A stretch of DNA of 64,000 nt from Bacteroidota bacterium (GCA_013361065.1 JABWAK010000003.1:140-64139); one strand, 5' to 3'. Positions 28,182-38,686 are shown, counted from the first letter of the stretch. Program-made: numbers and translations. The notes: generated from the sequence alone by a model not told the origin.

Positions 28182-29837
28182 ATGTCCCGTCTGTTCCTGC
28201 TCCTCCTTCTTCCCGCCGTACTGTTCCCGCAGCAGTATGCCGATATCATCTACACGAACGGAAAGTTCTGGACCGTCGATCCGGCGCGCCCCGAAGCGGA
28301 AGCAGTGGCGGTCATCGGCGGACGGATCGCTGCGGTCGGCTCCTCCCGGGAGATCGCTGCGTGGAAAGGGAAGAGGACGTCCGTCATCGATCTGAAGAAG
28401 CGCCGCGTGCTGCCGGGATTCATCGATAATCACACCCATTTCATGACCGGCGGATTCCAGCTGCAGAGCGTCGACCTGCGCACCGCCGGGGATGAAGCAG
28501 CGTTCGCCCGCATCATCGGCGAGCGGGCGCGGCAGCGTCCCGGACGCTGGATCACCGGCGGGGACTGGGACCATGACCTCTGGAAGAGCGGACGTCTGCC
28601 GACGAAGGAGATGATCGATTCCCTCACCGGTGCGACGCCGGTCCTGGTGAACCGGTATGACGGACACATGGCGCTGGCGAACAGTGCCGCACTGGCGCTC
28701 GCCGGCATCACCCGCACCACTCCCGACCCTGCCGGCGGTACGATCGTACGCGATCCGGTGACGGGCGAACCGACCGGACTGCTGAAGGATGAAGCGATGT
28801 CGCCGGTCTATGCGGTCATCCCGCCGCCGTCCGATGAGGAGATGCTTGGTGCAGCGCGTCTGGCACTCGCCGAAGCTCGGAAGTTCGGCATCACCTCCAT
28901 CCAGGACATGGCGTACTCCAATGGCGACAGGGATATCAAAACGTACCGGGAGCTGGAACGGCGCGGGGAACTGACGGCACGGATAAACTGTGTCGGCTTC
29001 ATCTCCAACTGGCGCTCGCTCTCCGCCGCCGGGATCCAGGTCCCGTTCGGCACGGAGAAGATCGGACTTGGCGCACTGAAAGCATTCGTCGACGGGTCCC
29101 TCGGCTCCTCCACGGCGCTCTTCTTCGAGAAGTTCCTCAATGAGGATACGTACGGATTGCCGATGGATGTGGTCACCGACGGAAGGCTGGAACGGTGGAT
29201 GACCGCGGCGGACAGTGCACGGCTGCAGCTGCGGGTGCATGCCATCGGGGACAGTGCGAACAGTCTGCTGCTCGATATGTTCGGACGGATCGTCCGCCGC
29301 AATCCGCAGTGGGACCGACGGTTCCGCATCGAGCATGCCCAGCATATCCATCCCAAGGACTTTTCCCGGTTCGCCTCGCTCGGCGTGATCGCCGCCGTGC
29401 AGCCGTACCATGCCATCGATGACGGACGCTGGGCGGTGAACCGGATCGGCGATGTGCGGTGCCGCACCACCTATCCCTTCCGCTCCTTCCTGGATGCCGG
29501 TGTGAAGCTCAGTTTCGGCTCCGATTGGACCGTTGCTCCGCTCGATCCGCTGCTCGGTATCTATGCCGCCGTCACCCGCCGCACCATCGATGGCGCCAAT
29601 CCCGGCGGCTGGTACCCGGAACAGCGGATCACCGTGAAGGAAGCGATCGAAGCCTATACCATTACCAACGCATACGCCGCATTCGAGGAAAAGGAAAAGG
29701 GGAGCATCACACCGGGGAAACTCGCCGATATGGTCGTCCTGTCCGATGATATCCTGATTATCGACCCGGTCAGGATCGCCGATACTCGTGCGGTGATGAC
29801 CATCCTCGGCGGCACGGTCATCCACCGGTCCGAATGA
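28182..29837 (+). CDS. Secreted amidohydrolase-family (Amidohydro_3 / YtcJ-like) metallohydrolase
   Basis: Signal peptide, GFIDNHTHF metal-binding motif, HAIGD and a FGSDW tail. Confidence 0.8.
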   Translation: MSRLFLLLLLPAVLFPQQYADIIYTNGKFWTVDPARPEAEAVAVIGGRIAAVGSSREIAAWKGKRTSVIDLKKRRVLPGFIDNHTHFMTGGFQLQSVDLRTAGDEAAFARIIGERARQRPGRWITGGDWDHDLWKSGRLPTKEMIDSLTGATPVLVNRYDGHMALANSAALALAGITRTTPDPAGGTIVRDPVTGEPTGLLKDEAMSPVYAVIPPPSDEEMLGAARLALAEARKFGITSIQDMAYSNGDRDIKTYRELERRGELTARINCVGFISNWRSLSAAGIQVPFGTEKIGLGALKAFVDGSLGSSTALFFEKFLNEDTYGLPMDVVTDGRLERWMTAADSARLQLRVHAIGDSANSLLLDMFGRIVRRNPQWDRRFRIEHAQHIHPKDFSRFASLGVIAAVQPYHAIDDGRWAVNRIGDVRCRTTYPFRSFLDAGVKLSFGSDWTVAPLDPLLGIYAAVTRRTIDGANPGGWYPEQRITVKEAIEAYTITNAYAAFEEKEKGSITPGKLADMVVLSDDILIIDPVRIADTRAVMTILGGTVIHRSE

Positions 29838-30016
29838 TGCCTCCCGGACCCCCTTCGCTTGCACTTCCCTCCAACGTTTTCTATTTTCTTTCAGCACGCC
29901 TCCCGGCACGATGACAAACAGTCGGTCGTCCCGGAAGGTGTGCGGAAGCCGGCACGGCAGCGCCGTACGGCGTTCGGCTCCATCAGCACCCTCATCGAAC
30001 ATATGAAGGAAGCAGC

Positions 30017-31168
30017 ATGTCCGACACCGCAGTCAATTTCTCCCCGACCGAACAGATGCTGATGGTCCAGGGCATGGCCCGGGATTTCGCCGAGAAGGAG
30101 ATCCGTCCTTCGGTGATGCATTTCGATGAATCGCAGGAATTCCCCCGATCGCTCTTCGCAAAGATGGCCGGACTCGGCTTCCTCGGTGCGTACTTCCCGG
30201 AGGAGTATGGCGGCGCCGGACTCACTGTTGCCGATTTCAGTGTGATCGTGGAGGAGATCGCACGGGTCGATCCTTCCGTTGCCCTCGGGCTCTGCGCGCA
30301 TAACGGACTCTGCATCAGCCACATCAACAGTTTCGCCTCCGAGGAACTCAAGCGGAAATATCTGCCGGATCTCTGCAGCGGACGGAGGATCGGCGGATGG
30401 GGACTGACCGAGGCATTCTCCGGAAGCGATGCGGGAGGGATGCGGACGACGGCGGTGAAAGAGGGGGACCAGTGGGTGCTGAACGGCACGAAGAATTTCA
30501 TCACGCACGGCATCACCGGAGAGACGTTCGTCATCCTTGCGGTGACCGACCGGACGAAGAACAAGTCGATCTCCGCCTTCATTGTGGAGAAGGGAACGCC
30601 CGGATTCTCCGCAGGGAAGAAGGAGAACAAGCTCGGCATGCGCTGCAGTGAGACGGCGACGCTCATCCTGGAGGATGTGCGGATACCGGCCGGGAACCTC
30701 ATCGGGAACGAGGGGGAGGGATTCAAACAGGCGTTGCAGGTGCTGGACGGCGGACGGATCGGTATCGCAGCGCTGGCGGTCGGTCTGGCGCAGGGAGCAT
30801 TGGAGGCGAGCATCGCGTATGCGAAGGTGCGGCAGCAATTCGGCCGTCCGATCGCGGAGAATCAGGGGATCCAGTTCAAACTGGCGGACATGGCGATGGA
30901 GATCGAAGCGGCACGGCTGCTGACGCGGAAAGCGGCATTCCTCCGGATGAAGGGTGCGGACGTGAACCTCGCCTCCGCGCAGGCGAAACTCTTCGCCAGC
31001 GAGGCAGCGACCCGCGCGGCGAACGAAGCGGTACAGATCCACGGCGGCTATGGGTTCACCAAGGACTATCCGGTGGAGAAGTTCTACCGGGACGTGAAAC
31101 TGCTTACCATCGGTGAAGGGACGAGCGAGATCCAAAAGCTCGTGATCGCACGAAACATTCTTTTATAA
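30017..31168 (+). CDS. Acyl-CoA dehydrogenase
   Basis: 383 aa. GWGLTEAFSGSDA, QIHGGYGF and IGEGTSEIQ. Confidence 0.92.
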   Translation: MSDTAVNFSPTEQMLMVQGMARDFAEKEIRPSVMHFDESQEFPRSLFAKMAGLGFLGAYFPEEYGGAGLTVADFSVIVEEIARVDPSVALGLCAHNGLCISHINSFASEELKRKYLPDLCSGRRIGGWGLTEAFSGSDAGGMRTTAVKEGDQWVLNGTKNFITHGITGETFVILAVTDRTKNKSISAFIVEKGTPGFSAGKKENKLGMRCSETATLILEDVRIPAGNLIGNEGEGFKQALQVLDGGRIGIAALAVGLAQGALEASIAYAKVRQQFGRPIAENQGIQFKLADMAMEIEAARLLTRKAAFLRMKGADVNLASAQAKLFASEAATRAANEAVQIHGGYGFTKDYPVEKFYRDVKLLTIGEGTSEIQKLVIARNILL

Positions 31169-31177
31169 CACCAACCG

Positions 31178-31217
31178 TCAATGATCCATTGAGTCAATGG
31201 ATCATTGAATCAATTCC
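31178..31217. repeat. AT-rich CATTGA-family intergenic repeat, copy 2
   Basis: tcaatgatccattga (31178-31192) and tcaatggatcattga (31194-31208) form a 15-bp perfect palindrome, followed by atcaattcc. Confidence 0.85.
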
Positions 31218-31232
31218 TCAGCATTCAACGAT

Positions 31233-32882
31233 ATGATCGGTTCCGAGGTCCGCAAGGACGAGACATACAAGCGCAATGAGGCGTTCCACCGCGCGGCGCT
31301 CCAGGCACTGGAGACGAAGGCCCGCAATGTGATGCTCGGCGGCGGCGCTGATGCTGCCGCGAAGCACCGCAAGAAGGGGAAGATGACCGCGCGCGAACGG
31401 ATCGAGCGGCTCATCGACCCGAAAAGCCGCTTCCTGGAGATCGGTCTCTTCACGGCGTACGGTATGTATGAGGAATATGGCGGGGCACCGTCCGCCGGGA
31501 CCGTTCTCGGTATCGGAACGATCGCCGGCAGGGATACGGTGATCGTTGCGAACGACGCCACCGTGAAGGCCGGGGCCTGGTTCCCGCTCACCGCCAAGAA
31601 GAACCTCCGCGCGCAGGAGATCGCCATCGAGAACCGGCTTCCGATCGTCTATCTGGTCGATTCCGCCGGCGTTTTCCTGCCGATGCAGTCCGAGATCTTC
31701 CCGGACAAGGAGCACTTCGGCCGCATCTTCCGGAACAATGCCGTGATGTCCGCCATGGGCATCACACAGATCGCGGCGATCATGGGTCCCTGCGTAGCGG
31801 GCGGCGCGTACCTGCCGATCATGAGCGATGAAGCGATGATCGTGGACGGGACCGGGAGCGTCTTCCTGGCCGGTTCGCATCTGGTGAAAGCGGCGATCGG
31901 CGAGGAGACGGACAACGAATCGCTCGGCGGCGCCTTCGTGCACTGCGAGATCAGCGGCGTGACCGACCACCGGATGGCGGACGATGCCGCTGCACTCAAA
32001 AAGATCCGCAGCATCATCGGGAAACTCGGGATGCCGCCTACGGCAGGATTCAACTTCGAACGCCCCGTCCCGCCTGCGTTCGATCCGAAGGAACTCTACG
32101 GCATCCTTCCGGCAGAACGGACGAAACCGTACGATACCTACCAGCTGCTGGCGCGGCTCATCGACGGGAGCGAATTGGACGAATACAAAGCTGGATACGG
32201 CAAGACCATCATCTGCGGATATGCCCGGATCGGCGGCTGGGCGGTCGGTATCGTTGCGAATCAGCGCGGGGTCACTCGAACGTCCAAGGGGGAGATGCAG
32301 GTCGGCGGGGTGATCTATTCGGACAGCGCGGACAAAGCGGCGCGGTTCATCCTGAACTGCAACCAGAAACGGATCCCGCTCGTGTTCCTGCAGGATGTGA
32401 CCGGATTCATGGTCGGCACACGGAGCGAACACGGCGGCATCATCAAGGACGGTGCGAAGATGGTCAATGCGGTCGCCAATTCCGTCGTGCCGAAGTTCAC
32501 CGTCATCACCGGCAACAGCTACGGCGCCGGAAATTATGCGATGTGCGGGAAGGCGTACGACCCGCGTCTGATCGTTGGCTGGCCGTCTGCACAGATCGCG
32601 GTGATGGGCGGGAAGCAGGCGAGTGAGACGCTGCTGGCGATCAAAGTGCAGGCGATGGAGAAGGGAGGAGCGCACATCTCCCCCGAACAACAGCAGCAAC
32701 TGCTGAATGAGATCCAGGCACGGTACGACAGCGAGCTCGATCCCACGTACGCCGCTGCCCGGCTCTGGATCGACGGCATCATCGATCCGCTCGCCACACG
32801 CACCGTGCTGGCCCGCGGTATCGCCATGGCGAACTGCAATCCCCACATCCCGGAACTCCGCACCGGCGTCCTGCAGGTGTGA
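31233..32882 (+). CDS. Acyl-CoA carboxylase carboxyltransferase (beta) subunit, methylcrotonyl-CoA carboxylase-like
   Basis: 549 aa. Motifs: TARERIERLIDP; NDATVKAGAW; FPDKEHFGRIF; MGPCVAGGAY; GNSYGAGNYAM. Confidence 0.88.
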   Translation: MIGSEVRKDETYKRNEAFHRAALQALETKARNVMLGGGADAAAKHRKKGKMTARERIERLIDPKSRFLEIGLFTAYGMYEEYGGAPSAGTVLGIGTIAGRDTVIVANDATVKAGAWFPLTAKKNLRAQEIAIENRLPIVYLVDSAGVFLPMQSEIFPDKEHFGRIFRNNAVMSAMGITQIAAIMGPCVAGGAYLPIMSDEAMIVDGTGSVFLAGSHLVKAAIGEETDNESLGGAFVHCEISGVTDHRMADDAAALKKIRSIIGKLGMPPTAGFNFERPVPPAFDPKELYGILPAERTKPYDTYQLLARLIDGSELDEYKAGYGKTIICGYARIGGWAVGIVANQRGVTRTSKGEMQVGGVIYSDSADKAARFILNCNQKRIPLVFLQDVTGFMVGTRSEHGGIIKDGAKMVNAVANSVVPKFTVITGNSYGAGNYAMCGKAYDPRLIVGWPSAQIAVMGGKQASETLLAIKVQAMEKGGAHISPEQQQQLLNEIQARYDSELDPTYAAARLWIDGIIDPLATRTVLARGIAMANCNPHIPELRTGVLQV

Positions 32883-32885
32883 CCG

Positions 32886-33569
32886 GTGTCCCGCCGTTCG
32901 CTCATCCTGTTCCTGCTGGTGTTCCCTGCCGCCGTTGAGGCGCAGTCGGATACCTTCTGGCTCTCGGAACCCTGGTATTTCGATGCCGGTCCGCCGGCGA
33001 TCACCGATGCCGCCCGGTTCCTTCCCACACCGTTCCGGAATTCCATCCTGCTGAAACGCTACATCCGCGACGAGCGGTTCTATCTGCAGCGCAAGATGAC
33101 GGACGATACGCTGGCCGTCGATGCGATCTTCGAACGGGCGATGCTGCTGTCGGACGGGGACATCGGTGCGGCGCTGCTCACGGCGACCTTCGCTGTGATG
33201 GACCACCGGAGGATCGGTGTGAAGGTGCCGCTGCTCGGAACGGTCTACTTGCCGCTGACAACGGAGGATGATTCGCTCTTCAAAGTGCGCAGGACGCATC
33301 TGCCCAAACGGGTGCTGACGGACAGAGGGAAAGCGGTGGACAAGGATAAGCTGCAGCACTTCTTCGGTTCGGCCTACCTCGCCTATGTCTCCAATTCCTC
33401 GGTGTTTGCTGAGTTCATCGGTGATCTGGTGGAGGAGTGGGAGGAACGGTTCGTGCTGGGAGGGAGGACGGACGGCCGGGACAAGGCGGCGAATGCGAAA
33501 GGGAGAGCGTTCGGCAAGACATTGCAGTCCGACCCGGGATCGCTGCCGAGCGACATCCTCTGGCCGTAG
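32886..33569 (+). CDS. Hypothetical secreted protein
   Basis: GTG start 1 nt after the upstream stop. Signal-like MSRRSLILFLLVFPAAVEAQ. Backbone codon usage. No family recognised. Confidence 0.55.
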   Translation: MSRRSLILFLLVFPAAVEAQSDTFWLSEPWYFDAGPPAITDAARFLPTPFRNSILLKRYIRDERFYLQRKMTDDTLAVDAIFERAMLLSDGDIGAALLTATFAVMDHRRIGVKVPLLGTVYLPLTTEDDSLFKVRRTHLPKRVLTDRGKAVDKDKLQHFFGSAYLAYVSNSSVFAEFIGDLVEEWEERFVLGGRTDGRDKAANAKGRAFGKTLQSDPGSLPSDILWP

Positions 33570-33590
33570 GTCAGTCAGAGGATGTCGCTC
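33548..33590. terminator. 15-bp perfect inverted repeat between convergent genes (bidirectional terminator candidate)
   Basis: gagcgacatcctctg (33548-33562) pairs with cagaggatgtcgctc (33576-33590). The loop spans the TAG stop at 33567-33569. Confidence 0.55.
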
Positions 33591-33600
33591 GGATCCGTAT

Positions 33601-34185
33601 CTAGATCACCCATCGTAAGATCATCATCGTGCCCATCAGGATCCCACCGATGATCGGATAATCCCATCCCGACCCCATCCCCATCATCCCTCGTCCTTTC
33701 GTTGCCGAGACGGTCACGTTGATCTCCGAACGGAGAGCGACGGAGTCGATCGTTGATGATGCGGTGAGAGTGAACCGGCCGGCCGCTGTCGGCGTATAGG
33801 GGAATGTCCCTGACCCATTCCGGATCGCCACATTCTGATGGACCGGCTGGAATTCCTGTGCATTGACCATCCCGTTATGGTCCTCGTGTGACGACGGATG
33901 GTCCGCGTCGGATGCTGTGATCATCACATGGACCATCGCACTGTCCGGAAGTGTGGAGACCGAGCGGAGAGCGATCAGGATCAGCGCCTCCTTCTGCACG
34001 GTCATGGCAGGAACGGTAACGGACAATGTGTGACCGTTGGTGCTGGTCTCCTTGATGATGGAGACCGCTTGTCCTTCATCGTGTCCGGAATGTCCTCCCA
34101 TCATGATGGAATGCATGCATGACGAGAAAAGGATGCTCAGTATGCTGAGCATGAAGACGGCACCATTCGATCTGGTTCTGATCAT
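33601..34185 (-). CDS. His/Met-rich putative lipoprotein with C-terminal TM anchor (possible metal-binding, YtkA/FixH-like fold)
   Basis: Lipobox-like ILFSSC. MHSIMMGGHSGHDEG and HPSSHEDHNGM clusters, and a C-terminal GRGMMGMGSGW...IIGGILMGTMMIL. Confidence 0.55.
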   Translation of the reverse strand: MIRTRSNGAVFMLSILSILFSSCMHSIMMGGHSGHDEGQAVSIIKETSTNGHTLSVTVPAMTVQKEALILIALRSVSTLPDSAMVHVMITASDADHPSSHEDHNGMVNAQEFQPVHQNVAIRNGSGTFPYTPTAAGRFTLTASSTIDSVALRSEINVTVSATKGRGMMGMGSGWDYPIIGGILMGTMMILRWVI

Positions 34186-34273
34186 TGTCGCTCCCGTTCA
34201 TGAGTGAGAATCATTCAGTCATTTCAACAGCGTTGAGAGATAGCACATTGCATCAGCGGAATGGATATACTGC

Positions 34274-35173
34274 TCAGAGCCAGTGCTTCCTCTTGAACCA
34301 CCCGTAGATCCCCAGTGTCAGTCCCGCCATGAACAACAGCACCAGCGGATACCCGTACGGATGCCGCAGCTCCGGCATCACATCGAAGTTCATCCCGTAG
34401 ATCCCCACAATGAACGTGAGCGGCATGAAGAAGACCGAGAAGAGCGTCAGCACGCGGACCACTTCGTTCGTCCGCTGTGACGAGAGCGAGATATAGAGGT
34501 TGAGCAGGTTATTGGCATTCTCGATGGTCTGGTCGTACGAGGTCTCCAGACTCAGGAAGAACTCCCGCAGGTCCTGATGGACCGCCGCGCTCGTGCTGCG
34601 GTGGAGTTCGTCGATGACCGGTTTCGTCAGACGGAGGATGCGGAGACAGACAGCAGCCTTCCGTTTCAGGTAGTACAGACGGCGCAGCACGGCATGGGTC
34701 TGATGTTTCAGGACGATCTGTGTCTCCAGCTGGTCCATCTCCGCTTCCAGCGACTGGGACGGGGCGATGTACGACTGCAGGACGTAGTACAGGATGCGGA
34801 TGAGCAGGTCGTTCGGACCGGCGCATTGTCCGTGGTCGAAGTACTTGCTGCGGATGGCATCGAGCATCGGCTGCTCGCCGCGGTGGATGGTGATGAGGAA
34901 ATCCTTCCCGACGAAGATGGCGACCTTGTTGCTGATATCCTGGATGGTGTCCGCATCGCGGGTGGATTGATGGTCGTAGACCCGGGCGATGATGAAGGCG
35001 GTCGAATCGATCCATTCGAACTTCGGCAGATGTTCCGGCTGCAGGCTGTCCTGCACGGAATTGCTGTGCAGTCCGTGCTCCTCCGCCACCGTGAGCAGTT
35101 CCTCGGCGGTGGGATTCATCACGTCGATCCAGGTGTACCGTTTCTTGCCGGTATGTCGGTGGTGGCTGATCAT
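34274..35173 (-). CDS. corA: Magnesium/cobalt transporter CorA
   Basis: 299 aa with the YGMNF signature before the last TM helix and two C-terminal TM segments. Confidence 0.9.
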   Translation of the reverse strand: MISHHRHTGKKRYTWIDVMNPTAEELLTVAEEHGLHSNSVQDSLQPEHLPKFEWIDSTAFIIARVYDHQSTRDADTIQDISNKVAIFVGKDFLITIHRGEQPMLDAIRSKYFDHGQCAGPNDLLIRILYYVLQSYIAPSQSLEAEMDQLETQIVLKHQTHAVLRRLYYLKRKAAVCLRILRLTKPVIDELHRSTSAAVHQDLREFFLSLETSYDQTIENANNLLNLYISLSSQRTNEVVRVLTLFSVFFMPLTFIVGIYGMNFDVMPELRHPYGYPLVLLFMAGLTLGIYGWFKRKHWL

Positions 35174-35274
35174 GCTGCGTGCGTGTGGGAGGAATATGCC
35201 GAAAATTGCAGCGCTGCGCTACTGGAAAATTGGGGATACGGACGGGGCGTGACCGCCCGCAAGTGCGGGACCGG

Positions 35275-36009
35275 TCAGAATTTGGAGCGTTTCCTCAGTA
35301 CTTCATACATGACGATGGCGCCGGCGACGGACGCATTGAGCGATTCGAAGCCGCCCTTCATCGGGATGTTCACCAGGAAGTCGCACTTGTCCTTCACCAG
35401 CCGCCGCATCCCTTTCCCTTCATTGCCGATCACGAGCGCGACCGGCACGGTGTAATCCACCTGGGTGAAATTCTTCGGTGCGGTCATCTCCGTCCCGACG
35501 ATCCACACTCCCTGTTCCTTCAACTCTTCGATGGTCTGGGCGATGTTCGTCACGCGCGCCATCGGGAACTGCAGACTGGCTCCGGCGGAGGTCTTCACGA
35601 CCGTATCGTTGACCGGCGCGTTGTGATGCTTGGGGATGATGCCGCCGTGGGCGCCGGAACAGACCGCCGTGCGGATGAGTGCGCCGAGGTTGTGCACATC
35701 CTCGATCTCGTCGAAGATCAGGAAGAACGGCTGTTCGTTCTTTGCCTTCGCAATGTCGAACAGATGGGAGATGTCGGAGAATTCCTTCGTGCCGACGAAC
35801 GCTACGACGCCCTGGGTGTTGGCGCTCTGCGCCGTCTTCGCCACCTGGTCGCCGGGGGAGAATTTGAACGGGATGTTCTTCTGGCGGGCCAGACGCAGGA
35901 TCTCGTCCACCGCTTCGCCGTGGGAGTTCTGCGCGATGAGCAGTTTGTCAATCGGTGTGTTCGCCTTGAGCGCTTCCAGGACCGGCTTCCGGCCGGAGAT
36001 GATGTTCAT
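35275..36009 (-). CDS. rlmB: SpoU/TrmH-family 23S rRNA (guanosine-2'-O)-methyltransferase
   Basis: 244 aa. N-terminal SpoU substrate-binding region, then NLGALIRTA, VIGNEGKGM, IPMKG and SLNASVA. Confidence 0.88.
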   Translation of the reverse strand: MNIISGRKPVLEALKANTPIDKLLIAQNSHGEAVDEILRLARQKNIPFKFSPGDQVAKTAQSANTQGVVAFVGTKEFSDISHLFDIAKAKNEQPFFLIFDEIEDVHNLGALIRTAVCSGAHGGIIPKHHNAPVNDTVVKTSAGASLQFPMARVTNIAQTIEELKEQGVWIVGTEMTAPKNFTQVDYTVPVALVIGNEGKGMRRLVKDKCDFLVNIPMKGGFESLNASVAGAIVMYEVLRKRSKF

Positions 36010-36010
36010 A

Positions 36011-36829
36011 TCAGCTCTGCTGTTGTTTGAGCCGCTGCAGCGAATTCAGTCCCACCGCGCCGATCAGGATCAGGATCAGAGCGATCACCTGCGCTTCACT
36101 CAGTCCCAGCAGCAGGCGAGGATTCAGGCGGAAGAACTCCACCGAGAACCGTTCCACTCCGGCCAAGACGAGGTAGGTGTAGAACATCTGGCCTTCCATC
36201 GTCCAGGACTCGCGTTTCCGCCAGAGGTACAGGAAGAAGATGGAGCAGATGATCGTCTCATAGACCGGCGTGGGGTGACAGAGCGTATTATCCGGCACGA
36301 CGCCGCCCGGATAGAGCGAGGTCACCTCCGGGAAATTCCTGAAGGCAGCGGAAGGAGGATATGTACCATTCGAGTAGTCGGTCCCCCACGGCAATGTGGT
36401 GGGAAAGCCGTAGTCGCCGTCCCCGGCCAGATGGCAGCCGATGCGTGCCACGCCGTACGCGATCATCAGTGCCGGGGCAGCGGCATCGGCGATGCGGATG
36501 AACGGGATCTTCTTGGAGCGGGCGTAAAGATAGACGGAGAACATCGCGAGGATGAAGCCGCCGTAGAAGGTGAGTCCGCCCGGCGAGAAGGTCATTCCGA
36601 TCGGATCACGGACGAACATGCTCCAGTTCTCGAGCAGATAGAGCAGCTTGGAACCGGAGACGCCGGCGACCAGAGCGATGAGCGTGATGTTGGACGCGAG
36701 GTCCGGATGGAGCTTCTTGCGTTTGAATTCCCGTGTGAGGAGAGCGTTGCCGAGAAGGAAGGAGAGACCCATCATCAACCCGAAACTGTAGATGGTGAGT
36801 CCGCCAAAGGTGCCGATGACTGGGAACAT
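36011..36829 (-). CDS. lgt: Prolipoprotein diacylglyceryl transferase
   Basis: 272 aa. GGLTFYGG, a GRIGCHLAGD-like motif and HPTPVYE. Confidence 0.92.
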   Translation of the reverse strand: MFPVIGTFGGLTIYSFGLMMGLSFLLGNALLTREFKRKKLHPDLASNITLIALVAGVSGSKLLYLLENWSMFVRDPIGMTFSPGGLTFYGGFILAMFSVYLYARSKKIPFIRIADAAAPALMIAYGVARIGCHLAGDGDYGFPTTLPWGTDYSNGTYPPSAAFRNFPEVTSLYPGGVVPDNTLCHPTPVYETIICSIFFLYLWRKRESWTMEGQMFYTYLVLAGVERFSVEFFRLNPRLLLGLSEAQVIALILILIGAVGLNSLQRLKQQQS

Positions 36830-37323
36830 TATGTCCTGCGCTTTGTCTGAGGTGGTTGCTTCTTCTTCGGCGGTTCGCGGTGGAGATCCGGCTTCAGTTC
36901 CGCGATCACCACATCGCCCGCCCGGTTCTCTTCGAACGACCGTTCATCCGTATAGATCTTCAGGAAGGCGCTCACGGAGCGGCCGGAGGTGTAGGCGGAG
37001 CGGGCGAACTTCAGGTCCGTGACCGCCTTGTTCTTCCCTTTCTTCACGAGCGTGAAACTGACCGATTTGGGGAGCCCGAAGTACACCTTGCGGAACTGGG
37101 CGGCGCCGGTGGAGGGCATGTTCATGGAGGGGGCACGGAGTCCGTGCAGCGTCCAGACGACATTGTTCCCTTCCACATCATCCTTCACGTCGATCGCGTA
37201 ACTGAAGTTGGTGAACTGCTTGGAGGTCTCCAGCAGGAAGAGCGTCCCTGCCTTCTTCAGCGTCTCATCATAGGTCGGCTGCACCAGCAAGCGGTACTCG
37301 ATCGGTTGTTTCGTCTGCGCCAT
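36829..37323 (-). CDS. Hypothetical protein with basic C-terminal tail
   Basis: Stop overlaps the lgt ATG by 1 nt (TAATG). The ATG at 37323 (MAQTKQPIEY...) is preferred over 37353. No family recognised. Confidence 0.55.
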   Translation of the reverse strand: MAQTKQPIEYRLLVQPTYDETLKKAGTLFLLETSKQFTNFSYAIDVKDDVEGNNVVWTLHGLRAPSMNMPSTGAAQFRKVYFGLPKSVSFTLVKKGKNKAVTDLKFARSAYTSGRSVSAFLKIYTDERSFEENRAGDVVIAELKPDLHREPPKKKQPPQTKRRT

Positions 37324-37363
37324 GGAAAATCCCTTCCGGCCGGCGCTGTGCAACGCCTGCCGA

Positions 37364-38614
37364 TCAACGAGTGAAGAATTGCGCGACCGTCCCGAGCGGA
37401 ATCTGCTGCTGGGAATGGTCCGTTAGATTCTTCAACACCGCGGTACCGGTCTCAAGTTCCATCGCACCGACCACCAGGGCGAATTGGGCCTGCTGGCGGT
37501 CCGCTTCCTTCATCTGGGACTTCAAACTGCGCGATAACAGGTCACATTCCGCAGCGATCCCGCTTGAGCGCAGTTCCATAGTGGTCTTCAAGACCCAGTC
37601 CCGGGACTGTTCGTCCGCAGCGGCGAGGAACACCGCCGGCCGCTGGGCCGGGGGCTGAAAGCCCTTCTTTTCCAGGATCATCATCAGGCGTTCCATACCG
37701 GCAGCGAATCCGACGCCGGGGGTCTGTTTCCCGCCGAGTTCCTTCACCAGCAGGTCGTACCGGCCTCCGCCGGCGAGTGCATCCTGGGAGCCGAGTTCGG
37801 TGCTAGTGATCTCGAACGCGGTCTTGGTATAGTAGTCCAGCCCGCGCACCAGGCGTCCGTTCACCGTGAACGGGATCCCGTACGCGGTCAGCAGCCCTTT
37901 TACCCGCTCGAAATGCGCCTTACACTCATCGTTCAGGTATTCGGTGATGAGCGGCATGCCGGCGGTGAGCGCCTTGTCGTTCTCATCCTTCGAATCGAGC
38001 ACCCGCATCGGGTTCTGAGAGATCCGTTTCTGGCTTTCGGCGGAGAGCTTGTCAGCGATCTTCAGCAGTTCGGTGCGGAGCACCTCCTTGTACCGCGGCC
38101 GGCATTCCTCGTCCCCGACGGAGTTGATCTGCAGTGTGTAGCTGGTGATGCCGAGACGTTTGTAGATCTCGAGCGTCATTGCGATGATCTCCACATCGGT
38201 CTCGGCCGTGGGGGAGCCGATCGCTTCGGCGCCGAACTGGTGGAACTGACGGAGGCGTCCTGCCTGCGGACGTTCCTGACGGAACATCGGTCCGATGTAA
38301 TAGACCTTGGTGAGCGGGAGTGATTCGCCGAGATTGTTCTGGATGTACGCGCGGAGGGCCGAGGCGGTCCCTTCCGGACGGAGGGTGATGCTGTCCCCGC
38401 TCCGGTCCTGGAACGTGTACATCTCCTTGCCGACGATGTCGGTCAGTTCGCCGATGCTGCGGGCGAAGAGGGAGGTGGTCTCGAAGACCGGGGTGCGGAT
38501 CTCTTTATAGTTGAACTGACGGAAGACGTCGCGGATGGTCTGTTCCGCGAACTGCCACAGGGGCGTTTCGGACGGAAGGATGTCCTTCGTGCCTTTGATC
38601 GAACGGTAAGTCAC
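37364..38614 (-). CDS. hisS: Histidine--tRNA ligase
   Basis: 416 aa. GTKDILP, MFRQERPQAGRLRQFHQ and GGGRYD. Confidence 0.96.
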   Translation of the reverse strand: MTYRSIKGTKDILPSETPLWQFAEQTIRDVFRQFNYKEIRTPVFETTSLFARSIGELTDIVGKEMYTFQDRSGDSITLRPEGTASALRAYIQNNLGESLPLTKVYYIGPMFRQERPQAGRLRQFHQFGAEAIGSPTAETDVEIIAMTLEIYKRLGITSYTLQINSVGDEECRPRYKEVLRTELLKIADKLSAESQKRISQNPMRVLDSKDENDKALTAGMPLITEYLNDECKAHFERVKGLLTAYGIPFTVNGRLVRGLDYYTKTAFEITSTELGSQDALAGGGRYDLLVKELGGKQTPGVGFAAGMERLMMILEKKGFQPPAQRPAVFLAAADEQSRDWVLKTTMELRSSGIAAECDLLSRSLKSQMKEADRQQAQFALVVGAMELETGTAVLKNLTDHSQQQIPLGTVAQFFTR

Positions 38615-38686
38615 AGGGTCTGCGTTGAATGGATGGCGGAAGTTGCCGGAGGGCGCACGGCGGAGCGGGGGACCGTGAACGCCCGG

